From the NCBI GenBank assembly GCA_965243615.1, contig CBDEVO010000003.1, positions 4,058,471-4,122,470 on the forward strand: a stretch of DNA of 64,000 nucleotides, written 5' to 3'. The position numbers and the translations under genes are program-made. The notes beneath the pieces are model-generated. The model ran no database searches. It saw only the letters and a program-made list of their open reading frames with translations, and was not told the DNA's origin. Source of the DNA: Vicinamibacterales bacterium (lineage in GTDB: Bacteria > Acidobacteriota > Vicinamibacteria > Vicinamibacterales > UBA8438). Of this stretch, positions 30,738 through 39,095 are shown piece by piece (position 1 is the stretch's first letter; each line of letters opens with the position of its first letter).

Positions 30738-30795
30738 CGCCCCGGCCAAACCAACCAGGGAGGGCCGTATTCGGCGCTCCCCACCGACGTATCCG
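30738..30795 (-). repeat. Dispersed intergenic repeat, copy F (truncated, inverted orientation)
   Basis: The plus strand reads CCAAACCAACCAGGGAGGGCCGTATTCGGCGC. This matches the reverse complement of the GGTTGGTTGG and GCGCCG-loop-CGGC parts of the repeat. Confidence 0.35.
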
Positions 30796-30864
30796 GTCAC
30801 CGGCAGCGACTCGGGCGGGAGCACCCGGGCTCGCCTGGCCGCCTGCCGCCCCTGCCACACCGGG

Positions 30865-33759
30865 TCACTCCTGATAGGCCTCCACGGGCGGGCAGGCGCA
30901 GACCAGGTTGCGGTCGCCGTGCGCGTCGTCGATCCGCCCCACCGACGGCCAGAACTTGTTCGCGCGCACGAAGGGCAGCGGGTAAACGGCCTGCTCCCGG
31001 GAGTAGGGGTGGGACCAGACGTCGGCAGTGGCCTCGGCCGCGGTGTGGGGGGCGTTCTTCAGCACGTTGTCGGCGGGGTCGGCGGCGCCGCCCACGATGG
31101 CCTCGATCTCGCCGCGGATGGCGATCAGGGCGTCGCAGAACCGGTCGAGCTCCTCGCGCGGCTCGCTCTCGGTCGGCTCCACCATCATCGTCCCCGGCAC
31201 GGGAAACGATACCGTCGGAGCGTGAAACCCGTAGTCCATGAGGCGCTTCGCGACGTCGAGCTCGGTGACGCCGTGCGGCCGGAGGGCCCGCAGATCGAGA
31301 ATCAGCTCATGCGCGACCCGGCCGTTGGCTCGCGCGTACAGCACGTCGTAGTGCGAGGCGAGGCGCGCCTTGACGTAGTTGGCGCCGAGTATCGCGGCCG
31401 CGGTGGCCCGCCGCATGCCGTCCGGCCCGAGCATCCGGACGTATCCGTGCGAGATGAGGAGAATGCTGGCGCTCCCCCACGGCGCGGCCGAAATCGCGGG
31501 AATCGCCCGCCCGCCGCCGACCGGCGCCAGCGGATGCCCCGGCAGGTACGGCGCGAGGTGCTCCGCGCACGCGATCGGCCCCATGCCGGGCCCGCCGCCG
31601 CCGTGGGGAATCGCGAACGTCTTGTGCAGGTTGATGTGGCAGACGTCGGCCCCGATCGCGGCGGGGCTGGTCACCCCGACCTGGGCGTTCAGGTTCGCCC
31701 CGTCCATGTACACCTGACCGCCGGCGTCGTGGACGACGTCGCAGATCTCGCGGATGGCGTCTTCGAAGACCCCGTGCGTGGACGGGTACGTGATCATCAG
31801 GCCGCACAGGGCGTTGCGGTGGGCCGCCGCCTTGGCGCGCAGGTCCTCGAGGTCGACGTTCCCGCCGTCGTCGCAGGCCACCACCACGACCCGCATCCCC
31901 GCCATCGTCGCGGTGGCCGGGTTCGTGCCGTGGGCGGACGCCGGAATCAGGACCACGTCGCGGCCGCCGCCGCCGTGATCGCGGTGCCAGGCGCGAATGA
32001 CCATGAGCCCCGCGAACTCGCCCTGCGCCCCCGAGTTCGGCTGCAGCGACACCGCGGGCAGCCCGGTGATGGCGGCGAGCGACGCCTCGAGCTCGCGGAA
32101 CACGGTCCGGTAACCCTCGGTCGTATCCGCCGGCGCGAACGGGTGGACGGCGGCGAACGCCGGCCAGCTCACGGCGCGGATCTCGGAAGCCGCGGTCAGC
32201 TTCATCGTGCAGGACCCGAGGGGGATCATCGACGTGTCGAGACCCAGATCGCGCCGCTCGAGCTGCTTCAGATAGCGCATCATCTGGGTCTCGGACCGGT
32301 GCCGGTGGAAGACCGGATGGGTCAGATACGCCGACGTGCGCACGAGGGGCTCGGGCCAGTCGGGAGCCGCTTCCCGGGTGGCGGCGGCCCCGTCCGGGGC
32401 GGCAGCCGCGGGGGGCGGGGCCGGCCGGTCGAGGGCGCCGGCGACGAGCGACAGGATGTGGGCCACGTCGCCCGGGCTCGTGGTCTCGTCGAGGGCGATG
32501 CCCACCGACTCGTCGCCGCGGTAGCGGAAGTGCACGCCCGCCGCCTCGGCGCCGGCCCGCAGCCGCTCCCGCGCGGCAGTCGGCAACGGCACCGTGACCG
32601 TGTCGAAGAAGTGCGGGTGAACGGGCGCAAGGCCCAGCCCCCGCAGCCCCTCCGCCAGCCGCCGGGCCAGCCCGTGCACGCGGACGGCGATGGCGCGCAG
32701 GCCGTCCGGGCCGTGGTAGACCGCGTAGAAGCCGGCGAGGTTGGCGAGCAGGGCCTGGGCGGTGCAGATGTTCGAGGTCGCGCGGTCGCGTCTGATGTGC
32801 TGCTCGCGGGTCTGCAGCGCCATCCGATAGGCGGGGTGACCGTGCCGGTCGACGGACAGCCCGATGACGCGTCCCGGCACCTGCCTGACGAGCTTCTCGC
32901 GGGTGGCGAAGAACGCCGCGTGCGGTCCGCCGTAGCCCATCGGCACGCCGAACCGCTGCGAGTTGCCCACCACGACGTCCGCCCCGCTCTCGCCGGGCGG
33001 CGTCATCAGGGTCAGGGCCAGCAGGTCGGTGCAGACGGCGGCCAGGGCCCCCGCCCCGTGGGCGCGGTCCACCACCTCCGCAATCGGGAGCACGGCGCCG
33101 TCCTCGCCCGGCGTCTGAAGGAGGACGCCGAAGACCCCGTCGTCGATCCGCATCGCCGCCGGGTCGCCCACCTCGACCCTGATGCCCAGCGGCTCGGCCC
33201 GGCCCCGCACCACGTCGACGGTCTGGGGGAAGCAGTGCCGCGACACCAGCAGCCGGTCGGCGCCGGGCGCGGTGCGCGACCGCACGCGGTGCATCATCGC
33301 CATCGCTTCCGCCGCCGCCGTCGCCTCGTCGAGGAGCGAGGCGTTCGCCACCGCCATCCCCGTCAGGTCGCCCACCATCGTCTGGTAGTTCAACAGCGCC
33401 TCGAGGCGCCCCTGCGCCACCTCCGCCTGATACGGCGTGTAGGGGGTGTACCAACCGGGGTTCTCGAACACGTTGCGCAGGATGACGCTCGGGGTGATGC
33501 AGCCGTAGTACCCCAGGCCAATGCAGGCCCGGCCGGACCGGTTGCGGGCGGCGATGGTGCGCAGGCGGGCGAGGTACTCGGCCTCGGTCTCCGGTCCCGG
33601 CGTCCGCAGGGGGGCGTCCAGCCGGATGTCGGGGGGCACCGCCTCGTCGACGAGGGCCTCGAGCGAGGCGGCACCCACCGCGGCGAGCATCCCCTCGACG
33701 TCGTCGGGGCGAGGCCCGATGTGTCGCTCGGAGAACCGGTCGGCTCGTGCGCGGGTCAC
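30865..33759 (-). CDS. gcvP: Glycine dehydrogenase (decarboxylating), P protein
   Basis: It is a full-length single-chain GcvP: FSERHIGP...TPYQAEVAQGRLEALLN...NLHKTFAIPHGGGGPG (PLP lysine context). The start is set at GTG 33757-33759, which gives 964 aa. Confidence 0.95.
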   Translation of the reverse strand: MTRARADRFSERHIGPRPDDVEGMLAAVGAASLEALVDEAVPPDIRLDAPLRTPGPETEAEYLARLRTIAARNRSGRACIGLGYYGCITPSVILRNVFENPGWYTPYTPYQAEVAQGRLEALLNYQTMVGDLTGMAVANASLLDEATAAAEAMAMMHRVRSRTAPGADRLLVSRHCFPQTVDVVRGRAEPLGIRVEVGDPAAMRIDDGVFGVLLQTPGEDGAVLPIAEVVDRAHGAGALAAVCTDLLALTLMTPPGESGADVVVGNSQRFGVPMGYGGPHAAFFATREKLVRQVPGRVIGLSVDRHGHPAYRMALQTREQHIRRDRATSNICTAQALLANLAGFYAVYHGPDGLRAIAVRVHGLARRLAEGLRGLGLAPVHPHFFDTVTVPLPTAARERLRAGAEAAGVHFRYRGDESVGIALDETTSPGDVAHILSLVAGALDRPAPPPAAAAPDGAAATREAAPDWPEPLVRTSAYLTHPVFHRHRSETQMMRYLKQLERRDLGLDTSMIPLGSCTMKLTAASEIRAVSWPAFAAVHPFAPADTTEGYRTVFRELEASLAAITGLPAVSLQPNSGAQGEFAGLMVIRAWHRDHGGGGRDVVLIPASAHGTNPATATMAGMRVVVVACDDGGNVDLEDLRAKAAAHRNALCGLMITYPSTHGVFEDAIREICDVVHDAGGQVYMDGANLNAQVGVTSPAAIGADVCHINLHKTFAIPHGGGGPGMGPIACAEHLAPYLPGHPLAPVGGGRAIPAISAAPWGSASILLISHGYVRMLGPDGMRRATAAAILGANYVKARLASHYDVLYARANGRVAHELILDLRALRPHGVTELDVAKRLMDYGFHAPTVSFPVPGTMMVEPTESEPREELDRFCDALIAIRGEIEAIVGGAADPADNVLKNAPHTAAEATADVWSHPYSREQAVYPLPFVRANKFWPSVGRIDDAHGDRNLVCACPPVEAYQE

Positions 33760-33770
33760 GCCGGGTCCGC

Positions 33771-34151
33771 CTACTTCACCAGCTCGGCATAGGCGGCCGA
33801 GTCGAGGAGTCCGGACGCGGCGGCGGTGTCGGTCAGCTCGATCGCCATCATCCAGGTGCCGTGGGGGTCGGCGTTCACCGTCTCGGGGGTCGTCGCGAGC
33901 GCCGCGTTGACCTCGGTGACCCGGCCGGCCAGGGGGCAGTAGAGGTCGGACACCGCCTTCACCGACTCGATCGACCCGAACTGGGCGCCCTGCTCGAGCT
34001 GCCGCCCCACCTCGGGCAGCTCGACGTACACCACGTCGCCGAGCTGGGCCTGCGCGTAGTCGGTGATGCCGACCCGGGCCGTCGTCCCCGAGATCAGGAT
34101 CCACTCGTGGTCCTTGGTGTAGAGCCGGTCAGTCGGATACATGCTGCTCAT
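33771..34151 (-). CDS. gcvH: Glycine cleavage system H protein
   Basis: The translation is YTKDHEWI...ARVGITDYAQAQLGDVVYVELPEVG....GSIESVKAVSDLYCPLAG, with the lipoyl-lysine motif. Its start forms an ATGA overlap with the gcvT stop (34148-34151). Confidence 0.95.
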   Translation of the reverse strand: MSSMYPTDRLYTKDHEWILISGTTARVGITDYAQAQLGDVVYVELPEVGRQLEQGAQFGSIESVKAVSDLYCPLAGRVTEVNAALATTPETVNADPHGTWMMAIELTDTAAASGLLDSAAYAELVK

Positions 34152-35263
34152 CCCGGGCGCTTGTAGAACGGTAGCGGCACGACGCGGGCCGGCACCCGGC
34201 GCCCGCGGACGTCCACCTCGTACTCGGTGTCGGGCGCGGCAGCCGCGGCGGGGACGTAGGCGAGGGCGACGGCCTTCTCGAGGAACGGCGTTCGGGTGCC
34301 GCTGGTCACCCGGCCTACCTCCTCGCCGCCGGCGTAGACTCGGTAGCCGTGCCGCGCAATACCTGGCCCCGCCATCCCGAGCCCCACGAGCTTGCGGTCG
34401 ATCCCGGCTTCGCGCTGCTTCACGAGCGCCTCGCGCCCGACGAAATCGGGCTTGTCCCAGCCCACGATCCAGCCGAGGCCGGCCTCGAGGACCGTCGTGG
34501 TGCGGTCGATGTCCTGGCCGCTGAGCCGCATAGCGGCCTCGAGGCGCAGCGTGTCGCGGGCGCCCAGCCCCGCCGGCTGCAGCCCGTGGTGTCGGCCGGC
34601 CGACATCAGCGCCGTCCACAGCCGGTCGGCCGCCTGCGGGGCCACGAACACCTCGAGCCCGTCCTCGCCCGTGTAGCCGGTGCGCGAGATGGTCGCGCGA
34701 ATGCCCGACACCTCGCCCGTCGCGAAGCGGTAGTAGCGGATGGCCGCGAGGTCGACCTCGGTCAGCGGCTGCACGACGTCGAGGGCCCGCGGCCCCTGCA
34801 CCGCGATCAGGGCGTAGCGCGAGCTGGTGTTCACCGCCACCGCGTCGCCGACGCCCGCGATGTGGTCGCGAATCCACTCGAAGCCGGTCGCGATGTTGGC
34901 GGCGTTGACCACCAGCATGAAGTGGTCGCCGGCCAGCCGGTACACCAGCAGGTCGTCGACGAAGGTGCCCTCGGGCGTTGCCAGCGCCGAGTACTGGGCC
35001 TGGCCGACCTCGAGGCGGCTGGCGTCGTTGGTCGAAATCCGCTGGACGGCGGCGAGGGCGTCCGCCCCGGCGATCTCGATCTCGCCCATGTGGCTGACGT
35101 CGAACAGCCCCGCCGCGCGCCGCACCGCGAGGTGCTCCTCGGTGATGCCGGCGTACTGCAGGGGCATCTCCCACCCCGCGAACGGCACCATCTTCGCGCC
35201 GAGGGCCACGTGACGGCCGTGCAGGGGCGTCTTCGAGGGGGCGGAAGCCGAGGCGTCGGTCAT
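34148..35263 (-). CDS. gcvT: Glycine cleavage system aminomethyltransferase T
   Basis: The translation reads TPLHGRHVALGAKMVPFAGWEMPLQY...FDVSHMGEIEI...ISRTGYTGEDGLEVF...GLGARDTLRLEA. The start is ATG 35261-35263. Confidence 0.95.
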   Translation of the reverse strand: MTDASASAPSKTPLHGRHVALGAKMVPFAGWEMPLQYAGITEEHLAVRRAAGLFDVSHMGEIEIAGADALAAVQRISTNDASRLEVGQAQYSALATPEGTFVDDLLVYRLAGDHFMLVVNAANIATGFEWIRDHIAGVGDAVAVNTSSRYALIAVQGPRALDVVQPLTEVDLAAIRYYRFATGEVSGIRATISRTGYTGEDGLEVFVAPQAADRLWTALMSAGRHHGLQPAGLGARDTLRLEAAMRLSGQDIDRTTTVLEAGLGWIVGWDKPDFVGREALVKQREAGIDRKLVGLGMAGPGIARHGYRVYAGGEEVGRVTSGTRTPFLEKAVALAYVPAAAAAPDTEYEVDVRGRRVPARVVPLPFYKRPG

Positions 35264-35481
35264 GACACGGTAGCGTCGGTGGCGGGCGGTCCGTGCCGGG
35301 AGCGCCGGCTTGCGGAAAGAAGTCCTGGCCGCGGGCTTGGCCGCAGCCAGCGCCAAGGTGCCGGAAGAACCTGATAGAAACGTACTATGGGACCCGCGGG
35401 GGGTCAAGGCGCGGCTCCCCCGCCGCCCGCGGTCCTGGGGCGCTTCCCGAGCGTGTGACGACCGGAGCCGGCTGGACGGCC

Positions 35482-36846
35482 TCAGGACGGATGACGCAGG
35501 TACGACTGCAGCGTATGGTAGCTGATGCCGAGCACCTCGCACGTACGCCGCTTGTTGCGACCGCAACGCTCGAGCATCAGCCGTGCATAGCGGCTGCCCC
35601 AGGTGCGCATCGACTCCGCCCGGGTGATGGACGGCAGCAGCAGCTCCGCGTAGTCGCGGGTCAGCTCCGCCGGCAGGTCCTGCAGGCCGATGGTGTCCTC
35701 GGTGGCGAGGGCCAGGGCCCGTTCGACGACCCGTTGCAGCTCCCGGACGTTCCCGGGCCAGTCGTGAGCGCGCAGGGCGTCGGCGGCGCTCTCCGACAGG
35801 GCCAGCCGGCGCAGTCCGTCATGCCGGGACAGAAAGTGCTCGGCGAGCGAGATGACGTCCTCGCGACGCTGCCGAAGCGGCGGAACGTGCAACTCGACGC
35901 CGGCGAGGCGGTAGTAGAGGTCGGTGCGGAAGTGCCCCTCGTCCGCGAGTCGCCGCAACCTCTGGTTCGTTGCCACGACGATGCGGATGTCCACCGCCCG
36001 GGCCCCGTGTCCGCCGACCCGCTCGACGGAGAGCTCCTGTATGGCGCGCAGCAGCTTGGCCTGCGCCGCCGGCGACAGATCGGCGACCTCGTCGAGGAAC
36101 AGCGTGCCCTGGTCGGCGATCTCGAACTTGCCGCGGCGGGCGCGCACGCCGGTCGCGACCCGGTCCTCGATGCCGAACAACTCGGCTTCCAGCAGCGTCT
36201 CGACGAGGGCGGCGCAGTTCACGGCGACGAAGGGTCCCGGGCGCCGTCGACTCAGCTCATGCACCTGCCGCGCCACCAACTCCTTGCCGGAACCGCACTC
36301 GCCCTCGATCAGAACCGTGAAGTCGGTCGCCGCCACCCGCTCGATCTGCTCCCTCAATCGGCGCATCGGCGCGCTCGTTCCGACCAGCGGCGCCGCCGGC
36401 TCCGGCGGCCGACCCGGCAGCGGCGCCCGGCAAGCGATGAGCAGACCGACCACCCGGGCCGCCTGCCGCAGCGCCTGTCGCTCCCACGCGTCGAGCGCCA
36501 AACCGGGATCGATGCTCACCTCCAGGGCGAGATCCGAGCGTGGGGAGACCGATACGGGGAACCTCAGAGAAGATGCCGCCGGCCCCTCGCGCGCGGCCAG
36601 CGGAGGGGCGGGAGCCGCCGTCAGGCGCGCGCCGCGAATCGGAACGAGACGCTCCAGGGCCGCGGGGACCGCGGCCTCCAGCACGCCAATCTTCGCGCCG
36701 CCGACGATCCGTGACTCGAGAACGGCGAGGAACTCCGAGAAGCGCTGGCCGCGCTCGACGAAGTCGCCACGGTGGACGACGGGGTTCGGACACGACATCG
36801 ACAGCTCGGCCATGGCAAAAGCGCGCTCCTCCATGTCAGTGAGCAC
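35482..36846 (-). CDS. Enhancer-binding-protein-type (NtrC-family AAA+) transcriptional activator with a divergent GAFTGA loop
   Basis: The AAA+ core reads [15 protein letters not shown]...[10 protein letters not shown]...RIVVATN...WPGNVRELQ. The C-terminal HTH is [23 protein letters not shown]. The loop reads [13 protein letters not shown] instead of ELFGHEKGAFTGA. Confidence 0.85.
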   Translation of the reverse strand: MLTDMEERAFAMAELSMSCPNPVVHRGDFVERGQRFSEFLAVLESRIVGGAKIGVLEAAVPAALERLVPIRGARLTAAPAPPLAAREGPAASSLRFPVSVSPRSDLALEVSIDPGLALDAWERQALRQAARVVGLLIACRAPLPGRPPEPAAPLVGTSAPMRRLREQIERVAATDFTVLIEGECGSGKELVARQVHELSRRRPGPFVAVNCAALVETLLEAELFGIEDRVATGVRARRGKFEIADQGTLFLDEVADLSPAAQAKLLRAIQELSVERVGGHGARAVDIRIVVATNQRLRRLADEGHFRTDLYYRLAGVELHVPPLRQRREDVISLAEHFLSRHDGLRRLALSESAADALRAHDWPGNVRELQRVVERALALATEDTIGLQDLPAELTRDYAELLLPSITRAESMRTWGSRYARLMLERCGRNKRRTCEVLGISYHTLQSYLRHPS

Positions 36847-36931
36847 GAGGGCTGCGGGATGGTCGGACGCACGGCGCTCGAAGGCGCCGTGCGTGTAATC
36901 ACACGAATGATATGCAAATCACACGAGAATA

Positions 36932-37285
36932 TCAACGTGTTTGCACTTGCCCGCGCTCTCGAGCGTCGCCCCCTTCCGGCAGGGTCATCGGCCGGTCGAA
37001 ACGCAACGCCCCCCGGTAGAGCACACCGCGGTCCGGCGGGATCGCGGACACCCAGGCCCGCACGACTTCGCCGGAGGCTCGCAACTCGCCGTCGGTGGTC
37101 GTCAACAGGAGCAGTGCCTTCAACCCGGGACGGAGTCGGGTCAGCGTCTCCACGAGGGCTCCTCCACGCGACACGTCCACCAGCCCGGCTTCGAAGCCGG
37201 GTCGGAGGCGCGCGGCCCGCAGCCACCCCAGGTCGGTCCCGGAACGGCGAACATGCCGTCTTCTCTCGGTCCGCCCGCTCGTCAT
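36932..37285 (-). CDS. PilZ domain protein
   Basis: It has the RRRHVRR and DVSRGGA motifs (RxxxR ... D/NxSxxG). The start was chosen at ATG 37283-37285 (ATGA overlap with the upstream gene). An alternative ATG lies at 37295-37297. Confidence 0.7.
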   Translation of the reverse strand: MTSGRTERRRHVRRSGTDLGWLRAARLRPGFEAGLVDVSRGGALVETLTRLRPGLKALLLLTTTDGELRASGEVVRAWVSAIPPDRGVLYRGALRFDRPMTLPEGGDARERGQVQTR

Positions 37286-37977
37286 CGGGTCACCCATGAC
37301 GCCGTGCCCTCGTTGAACTCGAGGATGCGGACCCGCCCGGTCGCACCCAGCACGCGCACCGCGAGCTGCCGCCCCGACCGGTAGTGCAGGTACAGGGTGC
37401 CGCTCGTCGCGGTTCCCATCGGGCTGAACGTCAGGCCGTCGGATGCGCCGAACCGAATCGGGTCCGAACCGGCGGCCAGCGCCTCGCGGCCGGCTATCCC
37501 CGGCAAGCGGGCCGCGATACCGATGGCGACGCCCGGAAACCGGTCGCCGATGCGCTCGAAGTCGGCCAGCCGCGCGTCCACGCCGCTTCGGATGTCCCGT
37601 GCCCGCAGGCCGTCGCCGTCCCCGTCCGCGTACATCGCGTAGCGGTACCGCTCGCCATCGTGCTCGAACCTCAGTCCCACGTGAACCGACTGCGTCACCG
37701 CCCGCACCCGGGTCGACTGGATCAGGGCCGCGAGATGCCGGGCCGCGGCGACGGCACGCAGACCGTCGACTCGCGACCGCACCGACGGGAGCGCGAGCGC
37801 GGCGGCAACGCCGAGCAAGACGAGCACGACACCGGCCTCGACCAGGGTGAACCCGGCCGCGCGCACGGGTCTGTCGTCGGCGTGAACCGGCCCGAACCGG
37901 TTGCGCGGTACCCGCGCGCCCCGGGGGCGGTGCCCCGGGGCGCGCCGGCACGCACGGCTACGGACGCTGGCCGGCAT
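37282..37977 (-). CDS. GspH/FimT-like minor pseudopilin
   Basis: The prepilin motif is RAAG/FTLVEAGVVLVLLGVAAALALP with Glu at +5. The start is uncertain: GTG 37864-37866 would give a short, typical leader (MRAAG/F). Confidence 0.65.
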   Translation of the reverse strand: MPASVRSRACRRAPGHRPRGARVPRNRFGPVHADDRPVRAAGFTLVEAGVVLVLLGVAAALALPSVRSRVDGLRAVAAARHLAALIQSTRVRAVTQSVHVGLRFEHDGERYRYAMYADGDGDGLRARDIRSGVDARLADFERIGDRFPGVAIGIAARLPGIAGREALAAGSDPIRFGASDGLTFSPMGTATSGTLYLHYRSGRQLAVRVLGATGRVRILEFNEGTASWVTR

Positions 37978-38290
37978 CGGGCTCGGCTGCCACGACGGTC
38001 ACCAGCGGCTTCAACCGGAGGAAGGTGCGCTCGCCGATGCCGCGCACGTCCATCAGGTCCTCGATCCTCTCGAAGCCGCCATGTTCACGGCGATACTCGA
38101 GAATCCGCTCCGCCGTGCGCGGCCCGACTCCCGGGAGCGTATCGAGCTCCACGGCCGTCGCGGAGTTGAGATCGATCAGCTCCGACTGCGCGCGCGGCGC
38201 CTCCGGCGCCGTCTCCTGGACCTCGGCCGCACCCCAGTGGCTGGCGCACAGGGTCAGAACCATCACCATGCCCCACAGCACTCTTCGCAT
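37958..38290 (-). CDS. comEA: ComEA-family helix-hairpin-helix DNA-binding protein
   Basis: It has a signal/anchor N-terminus followed by IDLNSATAVELDTLPGVGPRTAERILEYRREHGGFERIEDLMDVRGIGERTF. Confidence 0.85.
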   Translation of the reverse strand: MRRVLWGMVMVLTLCASHWGAAEVQETAPEAPRAQSELIDLNSATAVELDTLPGVGPRTAERILEYRREHGGFERIEDLMDVRGIGERTFLRLKPLVTVVAAEPDAGQRP

Positions 38291-38321
38291 CGTCTTCTCT
38301 CCTGTTGCAAGGAACTCCGGT

Positions 38322-38350
38322 GGTCACCGGCGCCTCCTGCGCCGGTGACC
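38322..38350. other. Perfect 12-bp hairpin upstream of comEA
   Basis: The sequence is GGTCACCGGCGC-ctcct-GCGCCGGTGACC. It lies 32-60 nt upstream of the comEA start codon. It could be an operator, an attenuator or a bidirectional terminator. Confidence 0.4.
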
Positions 38351-38848
38351 GGCTCACGCCCCGCCGCCAGGCGCGGCGACCGCAACCAGGTCGGGCACGC
38401 GGGCCGCCGCGTGACGGCGGGGACAACCACTCAGAGCAAGAAGCCGGCCAAGATTCCGGCGCTGCCCGCCGGGAAAGGGTCAAGTTCCGTGTTGTCAGGT
38501 ACTTGCGGTCGAGAGCGCGGTGCTCGAAGACACGGGATGACGGCAACCTCCGCCATCCGGACGGAACCCCTGGTCGACCTCGCGACGACGGGCATACGTG
38601 GAACGCCGCCGTCAACCACGGATCCGCGCTGGACACCGCTGGTTGACTCCTGCGGAACGGGGGCGTCGAGGCCGCAGGTGGGCGTCGACCGCGCTGGCCA
38701 ACCGGCTCGCGATGAATCTCGGGCCGGAGCGTCCCTGAAGCCGGCTGCCCCTGATCGCCCGGGGGGTGAAGTGGCGTATACTGAAGTGTTTCGTGAGGGC
38801 CGCTCCAGACCGTCCGGCCGCCCTGCGAGGCGCACGCGCACTTCCCGC

Positions 38849-38924
38849 GTCCCCATCGTCCAGAGGCCTAGGATTCAGCCCTTTCAAGGCTGAGACACGG
38901 GTTCGAATCCCGTTGGGGACGCCA
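38849..38924 (+). tRNA. tRNA-Glu (anticodon UUC), CCA encoded
   Basis: The sequence is GTCCCCATCGTCCAGAGGCCTAGGATTCAGCCCTTTCAAGGCTGAGACACGGGTTCGAATCCCGTTGGGGACGCCA. The acceptor stem is GTCCCCA/TGGGGAC and the anticodon arm is CAGCC-CTTTCAA-GGCTG. The T arm is ACGGG-TTCGAAT-CCCGT. It closely resembles the E. coli tRNA-Glu layout. Confidence 0.9.
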
Positions 38925-38937
38925 TCGCTCGCTCGCC

Positions 38938-38956
38938 CGGTCTCTGCCCGAGACCG
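38938..38956 (+). terminator. Hairpin after tRNA-Glu
   Basis: CGGTCTC-tgccc-GAGACCG lies 14 nt after the tRNA 3' end. There is no clear U-tract. Confidence 0.3.
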
Positions 38957-39095
38957 TCATCCGCCCCTCCAGCGTCCAGCGCCGGTGCGTGGTAACCTCT
39001 TTGGAAGGTGCCGTGCGGCGGGGAGGCCGGTGGACATTCCCACGCGGCGAACTCGTTGGCGACAGGGCCGCCTGCCGGGTGCGCGGGGAAGCGTC

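Noticed and set aside
35334-35350. A sigma-54-like promoter, TGGCTGC-N4-AAGC, upstream of gcvT.
   Set aside because: Only the GG and GC dinucleotides at the right spacing match. GG-N10-GC is expected frequently by chance at this GC content, and the -12 TTGC is not conserved.
35264-35481. An expected glycine riboswitch in front of gcvT.
   Set aside because: I reverse-complemented the whole spacer by hand and found neither the ACCGAAGGGGCAA-type nor the CUCAGGCAAAAGGAC-type conserved core. A covariance-model scan would be decisive, but by eye it is absent.
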